From positions 6,915 through 70,914 of the forward strand of contig CAVRQJ010000008.1 of NCBI GenBank assembly GCA_963723335.1: DNA of 64,000 nucleotides. Direction: 5' to 3'. Shown in pieces: positions 8,284 through 17,561 of the stretch (within the stretch, counting starts at the first letter, position 1; the number at the start of each line of letters is the position of its first letter). The DNA comes from an uncultured Alphaproteobacteria bacterium (GTDB taxonomy: Bacteria > Pseudomonadota > Alphaproteobacteria > Rhizobiales > Xanthobacteraceae). The notes beneath the pieces are model-generated. The model made no database searches, had not been told where the DNA came from, and saw nothing but the letters and a program-made list of their open reading frames with translations. Position numbers and translations under genes: made by a program.

Positions 8284-8946
8284 ATGGGCATGAGTGCAAC
8301 GACCAAGTTCCTGTTCGACACCGACTTTTCCTCCGACAACGGCGGCAGGTCGGCGATTGCGGTCGCTGAACGCGCCCTGATGCTGGCCGAAGCGGAAGCC
8401 GCCGCGCATCGCCGCGGCTATGCCGAAGCGCAAGCCGACGCCCACGTCGAATCCGAACGCCGCATCGCCGGCGCGCTCGACCAGATTGCGGCGGCCCTCA
8501 CCGCAGCGAACGGCGCGATGCAGGCGATCGAGACGCGTCTTGAATGTGAAGCGGTCGAAGTCGCAATCGCGGTGGCGCGCAAGCTTACGCCGGCCTTGAT
8601 CGAGCGCGAGCCGTTTGCCGAAATCGCCGCGCTGGCGAGCGATTGCTTCCGTCATCTGATTTCCTCGCCGCACGTCGCCGTGCGCGTCAACGACACGCTC
8701 TACGCCGCCGCCAAAGAGAAGCTCGACGACATCGCGCGGGCGCGCAACTTCGAGGGCCGGCTCGTTGTGCTGGCCGAGTCCGATATTGCGCTGGGCGACT
8801 GCCGCATCGAATGGGCGGACGGCGGAGTCAACCGCGACAGCGCTGCTGCCGATGCGGCGATCGGCGAAGCAGTCGCCGGCTATATCAGCGCGCGCCGCAG
8901 CTTTGCGGCGACACAAGCGATGCCAAGGAGACCTGAGAATGAGTGA
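8284..8946 (+). CDS. fliH: flagellar assembly protein FliH (FlbE-like)
   Basis: 220 aa between fliG and fliN. Ala/Glu-rich coiled N-terminal half and a FliH-like C-terminal half (GDCRIEWADGGV). Confidence 0.75.
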   Translation: MGMSATTKFLFDTDFSSDNGGRSAIAVAERALMLAEAEAAAHRRGYAEAQADAHVESERRIAGALDQIAAALTAANGAMQAIETRLECEAVEVAIAVARKLTPALIEREPFAEIAALASDCFRHLISSPHVAVRVNDTLYAAAKEKLDDIARARNFEGRLVVLAESDIALGDCRIEWADGGVNRDSAAADAAIGEAVAGYISARRSFAATQAMPRRPENE

Positions 8947-9286
8947 GGATGGCAAGGTTCCGCTACCTAACCTCGAAGGCGGCGGAGCACAACTCGACGT
9001 GCCGCTGGCGCCCGAGCCCGAGGGACCGACGACGCGCATCGCCTCCGAACTCGAAGCGGTGTTCGACGTGCCGGTGCAGGTCTCGGCCGTGCTCGGCCGC
9101 GCGCGGATGGATATCGGCGAGCTCCTCAAGCTCGGTCCCGGCACGGTGCTGGAACTGGACCGCAAAGTCGGCGAGGCGATCGACATCTACGTCAACAATC
9201 GCCTGGTGGCTCGCGGCGAGGTCGTGCTGGTCGAGGAAAAACTCGGCGTGACCATGACGGAAATCATCAAGGCGGAACGCGCGTAA
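8939..9286 (+). CDS. fliN: flagellar motor switch protein FliN
   Basis: SpoA domain VPVQVSAVLGRARMDIGELLKLGPGTVLELDR...IYVNNRLVARGEVV. ATG overlaps the fliH end by 8 nt. Confidence 0.9.
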   Translation: MSEDGKVPLPNLEGGGAQLDVPLAPEPEGPTTRIASELEAVFDVPVQVSAVLGRARMDIGELLKLGPGTVLELDRKVGEAIDIYVNNRLVARGEVVLVEEKLGVTMTEIIKAERA

Positions 9287-9308
9287 GGCGCGAAAAAGGA
9301 ACAAGATC

Positions 9309-10679
<1,371 letters not shown>

Positions 10680-10726
10680 AAGCCCCGCACTTCCACATCC
10701 GGAAAACGGCGTGTATCGTCGGAAGC

Positions 10727-11704
10727 ATGAAGCTTCCGCGCCGCCGTTTTCTCAAATACGCAGTGAGCACTGTTGCGCTGCCGGCGCTGCTGCGCGGCGC
10801 GCGCGCCGATACCTATCCATCACGGCCAGTGCATCTGCTCGTCGGCTTTCCACCCGGCGGCGCCGCCGACATCATTGCGCGGCTGACCGGACAAATACTG
10901 TCGGAGCGCCTTGGCCAGCCGTTCGTCGTCGAAAATCGCGGCTCCGCCGGGCAGCAGGTCGCCACCGAGGCGGTCGTCAGCGCGCCGCCGGACGGCTACA
11001 CGATTTTGTTGCTGGCAAATCCAAATGTCGTCAACGGCATGCTGAACCCAAACCTCAGCTTTTATTTTACGCGCGACCTTGCGCCGGTCGGCGGCGTCAA
11101 TCTCAATCCGCTGATCCTGGAGGTGCATCCGTCGCTGCCGGTGAAGACCGTCCCCGACCTTATCGCCTATGCCAAGGCGCATCCCGGCGAAATCAACATG
11201 GCCTCGGGCGGTGTCGGCTCGACGCCGCATCTCGCCGGTGAACTGTTCAAGATGCTGACCGGCATCAACATGCTGCACGTGCCATATCGCGGCGATGCGC
11301 CCGCGGTCACCGACATGCTCGCAGGACAAGACCAGGTCATGTTCGACCTGATCCTGCTGTCGCTCAATCACATCCGCAGCGGCGAATTGCGCGGCCTCGC
11401 CGTAACCAGCGCAAAGCGCCTGCCGACACTGCCCGATTTGCCGCCGGTGGCCGATTTCGTGCCGGGCTACGAGGCCTTTGCCTGGCAGGGCGTCGCGGCC
11501 CCCAAGGATACGCCGCCCGAAATCATCAGCAAGCTCAACACCGAGCTCAATGCCGCGCTCGCCGATCCCAAGATCGCCACACGTATCGCGGATCTCGGCG
11601 GCATCCCGATGCCGATGACGCCCCCTGAATTCGGCAACCTGATCGCCAATGAGATCGTGAAGTGGGGCAAGGTGATCAAGTTCGCCAACATCAAGACGGG
11701 CTAG
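10727..11704 (+). CDS. Bug-family (TctC-like) tripartite tricarboxylate transporter substrate-binding protein
   Basis: Tat-like signal RRRFLKY. YPSRPVHLLVGFPPGGAADI motif. Confidence 0.88.
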   Translation: MKLPRRRFLKYAVSTVALPALLRGARADTYPSRPVHLLVGFPPGGAADIIARLTGQILSERLGQPFVVENRGSAGQQVATEAVVSAPPDGYTILLLANPNVVNGMLNPNLSFYFTRDLAPVGGVNLNPLILEVHPSLPVKTVPDLIAYAKAHPGEINMASGGVGSTPHLAGELFKMLTGINMLHVPYRGDAPAVTDMLAGQDQVMFDLILLSLNHIRSGELRGLAVTSAKRLPTLPDLPPVADFVPGYEAFAWQGVAAPKDTPPEIISKLNTELNAALADPKIATRIADLGGIPMPMTPPEFGNLIANEIVKWGKVIKFANIKTG

Positions 11705-11718
11705 ATCGACTCCGTCCT

Positions 11719-11798
11719 CGTCATTTCGAGAAGCAACGCGGCAAGCAATCCAATTCTGGCGCGCCGCACTGGATTGCTTCGCTTCGCGCGCAATGACG
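11719..11798. repeat. REP/MITE-like palindromic element, family A (CGTCATT.CGAG...AAGCAATCC...GGATTGCTT...GCAATGACG)
   Basis: Copies also at 18984-19065 and 28729-28810. Internal long inverted repeat. Confidence 0.85.
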
Positions 11799-11808
11799 GT
11801 CGAGAAAG

Positions 11809-12111
11809 CTACTTCGTCGCCTCGCCGCTCTCGACCATGATGGTTTCGACTTCGCCGGCGCCGCCCCTGCGGAAGGCGGCGGCTTCGTCGTATTCCTTCG
11901 AGGTGAAACAGGCGACGCCCTGCTCGAAGGTCGGAAACTCAATCACCACAAAGCGCTGGAATTTGTGCGGCCCTTCCATGATCTGGAATTTGCCGCCACG
12001 CGCCAAAACCTTGCCGCCGTATTTGCCGATAATGGCCGGGACGCGATCGGTGTATTTCTTGTATTCGACCGGATCGTTGATCTTGGAGCGCGCGACCCAA
12101 TAGGCTGACAT
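11809..12111 (-). CDS. DUF1330 domain protein
   Basis: 100 aa. MSAYWVARSKINDPVEYKKY...RFVVIEFPTFEQ is typical of DUF1330. Confidence 0.8.
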   Translation of the reverse strand: MSAYWVARSKINDPVEYKKYTDRVPAIIGKYGGKVLARGGKFQIMEGPHKFQRFVVIEFPTFEQGVACFTSKEYDEAAAFRRGGAGEVETIMVESGEATK

Positions 12112-12128
12112 TCATTTCTCCGTTGCTG

Positions 12129-12186
12129 GTCATTCGGGGGCCGAACGAAGCGGGGACTTGCCGCTGCGCGGCAATCCGGAATGACG
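12129..12186. repeat. REP/MITE-like element, family B (GTCATTC.GG...GGACTTGCCGCTGCGCGGCAATCCGGAATGACG)
   Basis: Shares a 35-nt block with 35078-35179. Confidence 0.8.
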
Positions 12187-12197
12187 AAGAGGGTAAT

Positions 12198-14255
12198 TTA
12201 TTCCGCGGCGCGGCGCGCGGCGATGATCTGGTCGGCGGTGCGGCCGGTGAGTTCCGCCATGTGGTCGAATTTGAAGGTGAACGTGCCGGCGCCGGCGGTC
12301 GCGGAACGGATTTCGACGATCAGATCGCCGATCTCCACTTCCGGCATTTTGGCGCGGACGATGTCCCAGCCGTCCCAGCCCTCGCGCGTATCGAAGCCGA
12401 GAATCTGGCCGCGCCGGCCCGACATCAGCGCATTGATCTTGGCGGTGGCTTCGTTGGGGCAGGCGATTTCGACGAGATGGATCGGCTCGAGCAGGACCGG
12501 CTGGCATTGCGGCAGGCCTTCGACGATGCCGATGCGGCCGGCGGTGCGGAAGGCCATGTCGGAGGAATCCACCGTGTGATACGAGCCGTCGACGAGCGCC
12601 ACGGTGAGATCGACTACCGGAAAGCCGAGCGGCCCGTGCTTGAGCGCGTCGATGATACCTTCTTCGACCGACGGGATGTAGTTGCGCGGCACCACGCCGC
12701 CGGTGATTTTGTCTTCGAAGGAAAAGCCGCCGCTGCGCGGCAGCGGTTTGATATCGAGCACGACGTCGCCGTACTGGCCGTGACCGCCGGATTGCTTCTT
12801 GTGCCGGCCGCGCTGCACGACGCCCTTTCGGATGGTCTCGCGGTAGCCGACGCTCGGCGTCCGCCGCTCGATGGCAACACCGTAACGGTCGCTCAACCGC
12901 TCGGTGGCGACCCGCAGATGCATTTCGCCCTGGCCCCACAGCACCACTTCGTGGGTTTCGGGATTGTGCACGATGGTGATCGAAGGATCCTCCTCGGCAA
13001 GCTTGTGCAGCGCCTGGCCGAGTTTCACGTCGTCCTTGCGCTCCTTCGCCGAAATCGCGATCGCGAGTACCGGCGGATAAGGCGCGATCCTGGAAAGCGC
13101 GGGATGGGCCTGCTTGCCGGCGGAAAGCGTATCGCCGGTCTTGGCCTTTTCGAGTCTCGCAAAGGCAACCGTCTCGCCGACCGTGGCGGGTCCGCGTTTC
13201 TCGTTCGTCTGGCCGACCAGCTTGAACACACCGGCGACGCGCCCGGCTTCGTCGTCGCCCGTGACGAAAGTCGTGCCATCGCCGGCCTGGCCGGCAAGTA
13301 TGCGCACGATCGACATTTTGCCGCCGTGCGTGGTGTTCAGCGTCTTCAGCACATAGGCCACCGCATCGCTGCCGGTCTTCACGCCGACGCGCTTTGTGGT
13401 TTCGGCAATGCCCGGCGATTCATGACGCAGCGCCTTGAGAAGCCGCAGGACGCCATTGGCGCGGGTCGCGGTGCCCATCAGAACCGGACACACCAGGCCG
13501 TCGCGCAATTCGCGGGTCAGATCGTCGAACACCTTGTCGCGCGGCGGCTGAATATCCTCGAGCAACTGCTCCATCAGCTCGTCGTCGTGGTCGGCGAGCA
13601 TTTCCAGCATCGAGAACCGCGCGGTCTTTTCCAGATCGGCGGCATCGCCTTCGAGCGGAATGATTTCTGAGGGAGCATGCTCCTTGTAGACAAAGGCGCG
13701 CTCCAGCGCGAGATCGACAAATCCGGTGATGATGTCGCCGGCGAAAGTCGGGATTTGACGCAAGATCAGTTTTGTGCGCGACGCCGGCTGCAACAGCTTG
13801 AGGACGTCGTGCACGCCCGCATCGGCCTTGTCGATCTTGTTGACGAACAGGACGCGCGGAATTTTGCGGTCTTCAAGTTCGCGCAGGATGAGCTGAAGCT
13901 GCGGGATTTTCTTTTCGTCGAGTTCGCACACAACGACCGCGACGTCGATTGCCGGAAGGACCGCGCGCATGTCGTGAACGAACTCGACCGAGCCAGGGCA
14001 GTCGAGAAATGTATAGGCGTCGCCCATGAAACTTGTGGTCGCCGCCGTCAGCTCGACGCTCATGTGATGATGGCGCGCCTCCTTGCTGGCGTCGCCGACG
14101 GTCGTTCCGGTTTCGACGGTGCCCTGGCGCGGGATCGCCGCAGTGCGGGCCAGGATCGCTTCAAGGAGAGTTGTCTTGCCGCTCTGGAACGGACCGACCA
14201 GCGCGATGCAGCGTGGACCGGTCGCTCGCGTGCCGTTGCCGCCGTTTGTAGCCAT
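12198..14255 (-). CDS. elongation factor G paralog (EF-G-like GTPase)
   Basis: 685 aa. G motifs GPFQSGKT, DCPG and NKID. EF-G domains II-V are recognisable. P-loop diverges from the canonical AHIDAGKT. Confidence 0.88.
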   Translation of the reverse strand: MATNGGNGTRATGPRCIALVGPFQSGKTTLLEAILARTAAIPRQGTVETGTTVGDASKEARHHHMSVELTAATTSFMGDAYTFLDCPGSVEFVHDMRAVLPAIDVAVVVCELDEKKIPQLQLILRELEDRKIPRVLFVNKIDKADAGVHDVLKLLQPASRTKLILRQIPTFAGDIITGFVDLALERAFVYKEHAPSEIIPLEGDAADLEKTARFSMLEMLADHDDELMEQLLEDIQPPRDKVFDDLTRELRDGLVCPVLMGTATRANGVLRLLKALRHESPGIAETTKRVGVKTGSDAVAYVLKTLNTTHGGKMSIVRILAGQAGDGTTFVTGDDEAGRVAGVFKLVGQTNEKRGPATVGETVAFARLEKAKTGDTLSAGKQAHPALSRIAPYPPVLAIAISAKERKDDVKLGQALHKLAEEDPSITIVHNPETHEVVLWGQGEMHLRVATERLSDRYGVAIERRTPSVGYRETIRKGVVQRGRHKKQSGGHGQYGDVVLDIKPLPRSGGFSFEDKITGGVVPRNYIPSVEEGIIDALKHGPLGFPVVDLTVALVDGSYHTVDSSDMAFRTAGRIGIVEGLPQCQPVLLEPIHLVEIACPNEATAKINALMSGRRGQILGFDTREGWDGWDIVRAKMPEVEIGDLIVEIRSATAGAGTFTFKFDHMAELTGRTADQIIAARRAAE

Positions 14256-14436
14256 TGCAACCTCCCGCAGCCGTCGCCCGACAGCGGTCCCGTCGTTCCG
14301 GCGCGGGGCCCAAGAACCGTCGAGGCAACTATCGTTTCAGGCGTTGGCGGGTATGGGTCAAGAGGCGTGACGACGCGCTCGGGGCAGCGCTTAGCCCCGA
14401 ACGCGGTCCAGATGAAGCTACGAACTTGAGCAGGAA

Positions 14437-14919
14437 CTATTGCGCGAGATGCAGTTCCAGCGCGCCGATGCCGCCGGCGGCGTTGAGACCGACCTGGCCC
14501 TGGACCGAAAGCGGCTGCAGCGACACCGAATGGTTCGAACCGCCGACAAGGACGTTGGCGCCGACACCGGCGGCGACCGTCGCTTGAGCGGTTGCGCCGG
14601 CATAGGTTCCCGAGAGCATGCCGGCATAACGGCTGGTGTCGGTCGAAACGCCCCAAACCATCGCGCCGCCCGTCGTGAAGCCGACGTCGACGCCGACAAT
14701 CGAGAACGTGCCCGTATAGGCTTCCGGCGGCCCGTTATCGGGCTGGAAAGTGCAATTGATGTTGCGCTGTGAGACGACCAAAAGGCCGATGCCTGCGGAA
14801 ATCGAGCACGACAGCTGGCCGATCTGCACACGCCGGGGCTGCGCATTGGCAGGCACCGTGACCACCACCGCGAGCGCCGCCGCCCCGGCCAAAGCGGCCG
14901 CAAAAGCCTTAAAAATCAT
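14437..14919 (-). CDS. DUF992 family secreted protein
   Basis: Signal peptide MIFKAFAAALAGAAALAVV..ANA. Gly-rich beta-type repeats. Start set at the internal ATG. Confidence 0.7.
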   Translation of the reverse strand: MIFKAFAAALAGAAALAVVVTVPANAQPRRVQIGQLSCSISAGIGLLVVSQRNINCTFQPDNGPPEAYTGTFSIVGVDVGFTTGGAMVWGVSTDTSRYAGMLSGTYAGATAQATVAAGVGANVLVGGSNHSVSLQPLSVQGQVGLNAAGGIGALELHLAQ

Positions 14920-15027
14920 GTAGTTACTCCCTAACCCCGGCCCGCCTTCTGGGCTTGTTCGGGTAAGATTGTAAGCGAGATTAAAGCCCGCGTCTCCCAC
15001 CGTTTCGCCGGGTTGCGCTGGCTGCGC

Positions 15028-15963
15028 TCAGAAGAAACCCAGCGACTCGCAGCCCTTGCCGGCCTGGAAACTGCCTTTCGCGCGCCTGCCTGGAATGTCG
15101 ATGATGTGCACCGAGCCGTCGCCCTGGCAGGGCACGAACAATTCGTCGCCGCGGAAGGCCACGTCCATCGGCTGGCTGCCGACCTTGATCGCGGTTTGCT
15201 CGCGGAACGCCGGGTCGATCAGGCTTACGGTATTGCTGTTCAAACTGGTGACGCCGATCAGGCTGTTGTCCGGAGCATAGCGCGCGATCTGCGCCGCTTT
15301 GGGCACGTCCTTGAGCACGATTTCTTCGCGCACGCGGCCGGCCTCGGTGTCGATCAAAAATAGTGTCGGCTCTGCGTCGTCAACCGCGACCACGGTGCGG
15401 CCGTCGGGCGAAATCGCGATGCCGGCGAGCGGACGCGGTGTCTTGATCTTGCCGAGCAATTTCCGCTTCGGCAGATCGATGACGGAAACCGTGCCGTCTT
15501 CCTCATTCTCGGTGTAGAGCCGCTCGCCGTCCGGGGCGATGATCAGCCGGTGGCCGTTGGTCGAGCCGGAGTCGATCGCTCCAACGACTTTATTGGTTTT
15601 GGGATCGATCACGGCCACGACCGCGCTGTTCTCGCAGGTGATGTAGATCAGGCCGTCGGGCCCGAGTTTCAGCGTATGCGGCGCGATATAGGGGCGCAAA
15701 TCGATCGTCGTGACGAGCGCGCGCTTGTGCAGATCGAAGACGCACAGATGATGCTGCGGATTGGGATTGCGGCCGTGGATACCGTCGCCGAAGATCGGCA
15801 CATAAGCGCGGCCGGTTTCCGGCATGACGAGCAATTCGTGCACGGTGCGGAGAAAGCCGTCGAGCACGACTTCGGTCTCGTAAGTCACCGGATTGAGGAA
15901 CAGGACTTTTGTTCCCATCTTGTCGACCGCGATCATGCCGCGTGAATTCTTTTCGTTGGCCAT
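15028..15963 (-). CDS. YVTN/YncE-like beta-propeller repeat protein (no signal peptide)
   Basis: Repeated motifs of the type P.G....PDG..LY......V.VID. ATG 15963 is preceded by GAGGGAAG. Confidence 0.75.
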   Translation of the reverse strand: MANEKNSRGMIAVDKMGTKVLFLNPVTYETEVVLDGFLRTVHELLVMPETGRAYVPIFGDGIHGRNPNPQHHLCVFDLHKRALVTTIDLRPYIAPHTLKLGPDGLIYITCENSAVVAVIDPKTNKVVGAIDSGSTNGHRLIIAPDGERLYTENEEDGTVSVIDLPKRKLLGKIKTPRPLAGIAISPDGRTVVAVDDAEPTLFLIDTEAGRVREEIVLKDVPKAAQIARYAPDNSLIGVTSLNSNTVSLIDPAFREQTAIKVGSQPMDVAFRGDELFVPCQGDGSVHIIDIPGRRAKGSFQAGKGCESLGFF

Positions 15964-15997
15964 CGTTTCTTCCCTCAATGCGACGACAAGTTTAGCG

Positions 15998-16122
15998 CGT
16001 CATGCCCGCGCTTGTCGCGGGCATCCACGTCTTTACCCCGGCGAGCAGGGGAGAGCCCTGGAGGCCGGGACATGGGCGCGAAGCAAGACCCTCCTTCGGA
16101 TGGCTATGCCCGGCCATGACGG
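15998..16122. repeat. REP/MITE-like element, family D (CGTCATGCCCGCGCTTGTCGCGGGCATCCACGTCTTT...GCCCGGCCATGACGG)
   Basis: Related copy at 34003-34092. Both lie between divergent start codons. Confidence 0.8.
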
Positions 16123-16152
16123 CTACGATAATGCGAAACACAGGGAGCCGTT

Positions 16153-17370
16153 ATGAACGCCGTCGCATCGCGCAATATGAAATTCCTCGGCCACACCGAC
16201 CAGGGCGGGCGCGGCGATGGCGTGCAGGTCATGGTCAATCGCGGCCATGCCTATATCGGCCACGGCTTTTCCAACGGCATCACCGTGATCGATGTCCGCG
16301 ACCCGAGGGCGCCGAAGCCGGTCAACTTCCTCGCCTGCCCGCCGAACACACGCGCGCATCATCTGCAGACGCACGGCGACCTGCTCCTGGCGGTCAACGG
16401 CCCGAGCGTCTGGACGATGCAGGTAAGCCAGGAATCCTATTTCACCGGGACGTCCGGCGACGCTCTTAAAGGCCAGCAATTTACCAGCGGACTGCGCGTC
16501 TACCATCTGACGAAACCGGAAGCGCCGCGCGAGATTGCCTTCCTGCCGCTCGGCGGCCTCGGTCCGCACCGCATCTGGTATGTCGGCGGCCGCTACGCCT
16601 ATGTCTCCGTCCATCTGCCGGAGTTTTCCGACCACATGCTGGTCATCGTCGACATGGCCGACCCGGCCAAGCCGCAAGTCGCCGGCAAATTCTGGCTGCC
16701 GGGCATGTGGACCGGCGGCGGCGAGCAGCCGGCCTGGCCGAAAGGCCGGCGCTACGCGCTGCATCACGGGTTGACCGCGGGCAACCTGTTCTACAGCGCC
16801 TGGCGCGACGGCGGACTTGCCATCGTCGATGTCGGCGATCCGGCGAAACCGAAAATGGTCGCGCATCGCAACTGGGATCCGCCGTTCGGCGGCGGCACCC
16901 ATTCGCCGCTGCCGCTGCCGGATCGCAATCTGCTCGTCGTGGCGGACGAGGCCAATTTCGCCGACTGCAAGCTCGGCCAGCGTTACATCTGGATGTTCGA
17001 CATTCGCGAGCCGTCAAATCCGATCAGCATCGCGACGATGCCGGTCCCGGACGAGGCCGATTATTGCAAGAAGGGCGGCAATTTCGGCCCGCACAATCTC
17101 TGGGAAAATCGCCCGGATGCATTTGTAAGTTCGCAAATTATTTTCGCGACGCTGCACAATGCCGGCGTCCGCGCCTACGACGTCAAAAATCCGTTCGCGC
17201 CGCGTGAGATCGGTTACTTCGTGCCGCCGAACCCTGCGCGCATGTACGATCCGCGGCCGAACCGCCCGCAAGTGATCCAGTCCTGCGATTGCTATGTCGA
17301 CAGCGAGGCGCGGATGTATGTCACCGATTCCAATGCCGGGCTTTATATTCTGCAGTTCGAAGGCGGCTGA
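16153..17370 (+). CDS. LVIVD-repeat beta-propeller protein (no signal peptide)
   Basis: 405 aa. MLVIVDMADPAKP, GITVIDVRDPRAP and GLAIVDVGDPAKP repeats. SD AGGGAG. Confidence 0.78.
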   Translation: MNAVASRNMKFLGHTDQGGRGDGVQVMVNRGHAYIGHGFSNGITVIDVRDPRAPKPVNFLACPPNTRAHHLQTHGDLLLAVNGPSVWTMQVSQESYFTGTSGDALKGQQFTSGLRVYHLTKPEAPREIAFLPLGGLGPHRIWYVGGRYAYVSVHLPEFSDHMLVIVDMADPAKPQVAGKFWLPGMWTGGGEQPAWPKGRRYALHHGLTAGNLFYSAWRDGGLAIVDVGDPAKPKMVAHRNWDPPFGGGTHSPLPLPDRNLLVVADEANFADCKLGQRYIWMFDIREPSNPISIATMPVPDEADYCKKGGNFGPHNLWENRPDAFVSSQIIFATLHNAGVRAYDVKNPFAPREIGYFVPPNPARMYDPRPNRPQVIQSCDCYVDSEARMYVTDSNAGLYILQFEGG

Positions 17371-17382
17371 ATGGCAAAGATT

Positions 17383-17445
17383 CCGCTCGTTCCCGCGCAA
17401 GCGGGAAACGGGCAACCGGGTCCCCGCTTTGGCGAGGGCGAGCGG
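17383..17445. repeat. REP-like element, family C (GTTCCCGCGCAAGCGGGAA...GTCCCCGCTTTGGCGAGGG)
   Basis: Reverse-complement orientation of the copy at 51016-51082. Confidence 0.8.
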
Positions 17446-17561
17446 CAAGGAGAACCCGCCGCAGCTACATTGACAGTGGGAGCCTGCCCTTCCACACTTG
17501 TTCATCGAGAGCCGCATAAGCGGCCACGGGGCGCATCCAGGCGCAATACGGGGAGGACGAC

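Noticed and set aside
11721-11942. Short ORFs spanning the palindromic repeats (also 18892-19074, 19021-19296, 28765-29241, 35080-35493, 16002-16469)
   Set aside because: They are read-through translations of REP/MITE-like hairpins (peptides such as CERSEAIQ and LRFARNDG). They have no start context and overlap real genes or repeats.
12123-13670. 515-aa plus-strand ORF
   Set aside because: Antisense shadow of the EF-G paralog. Arg/Gly/Asp-rich with no family features.
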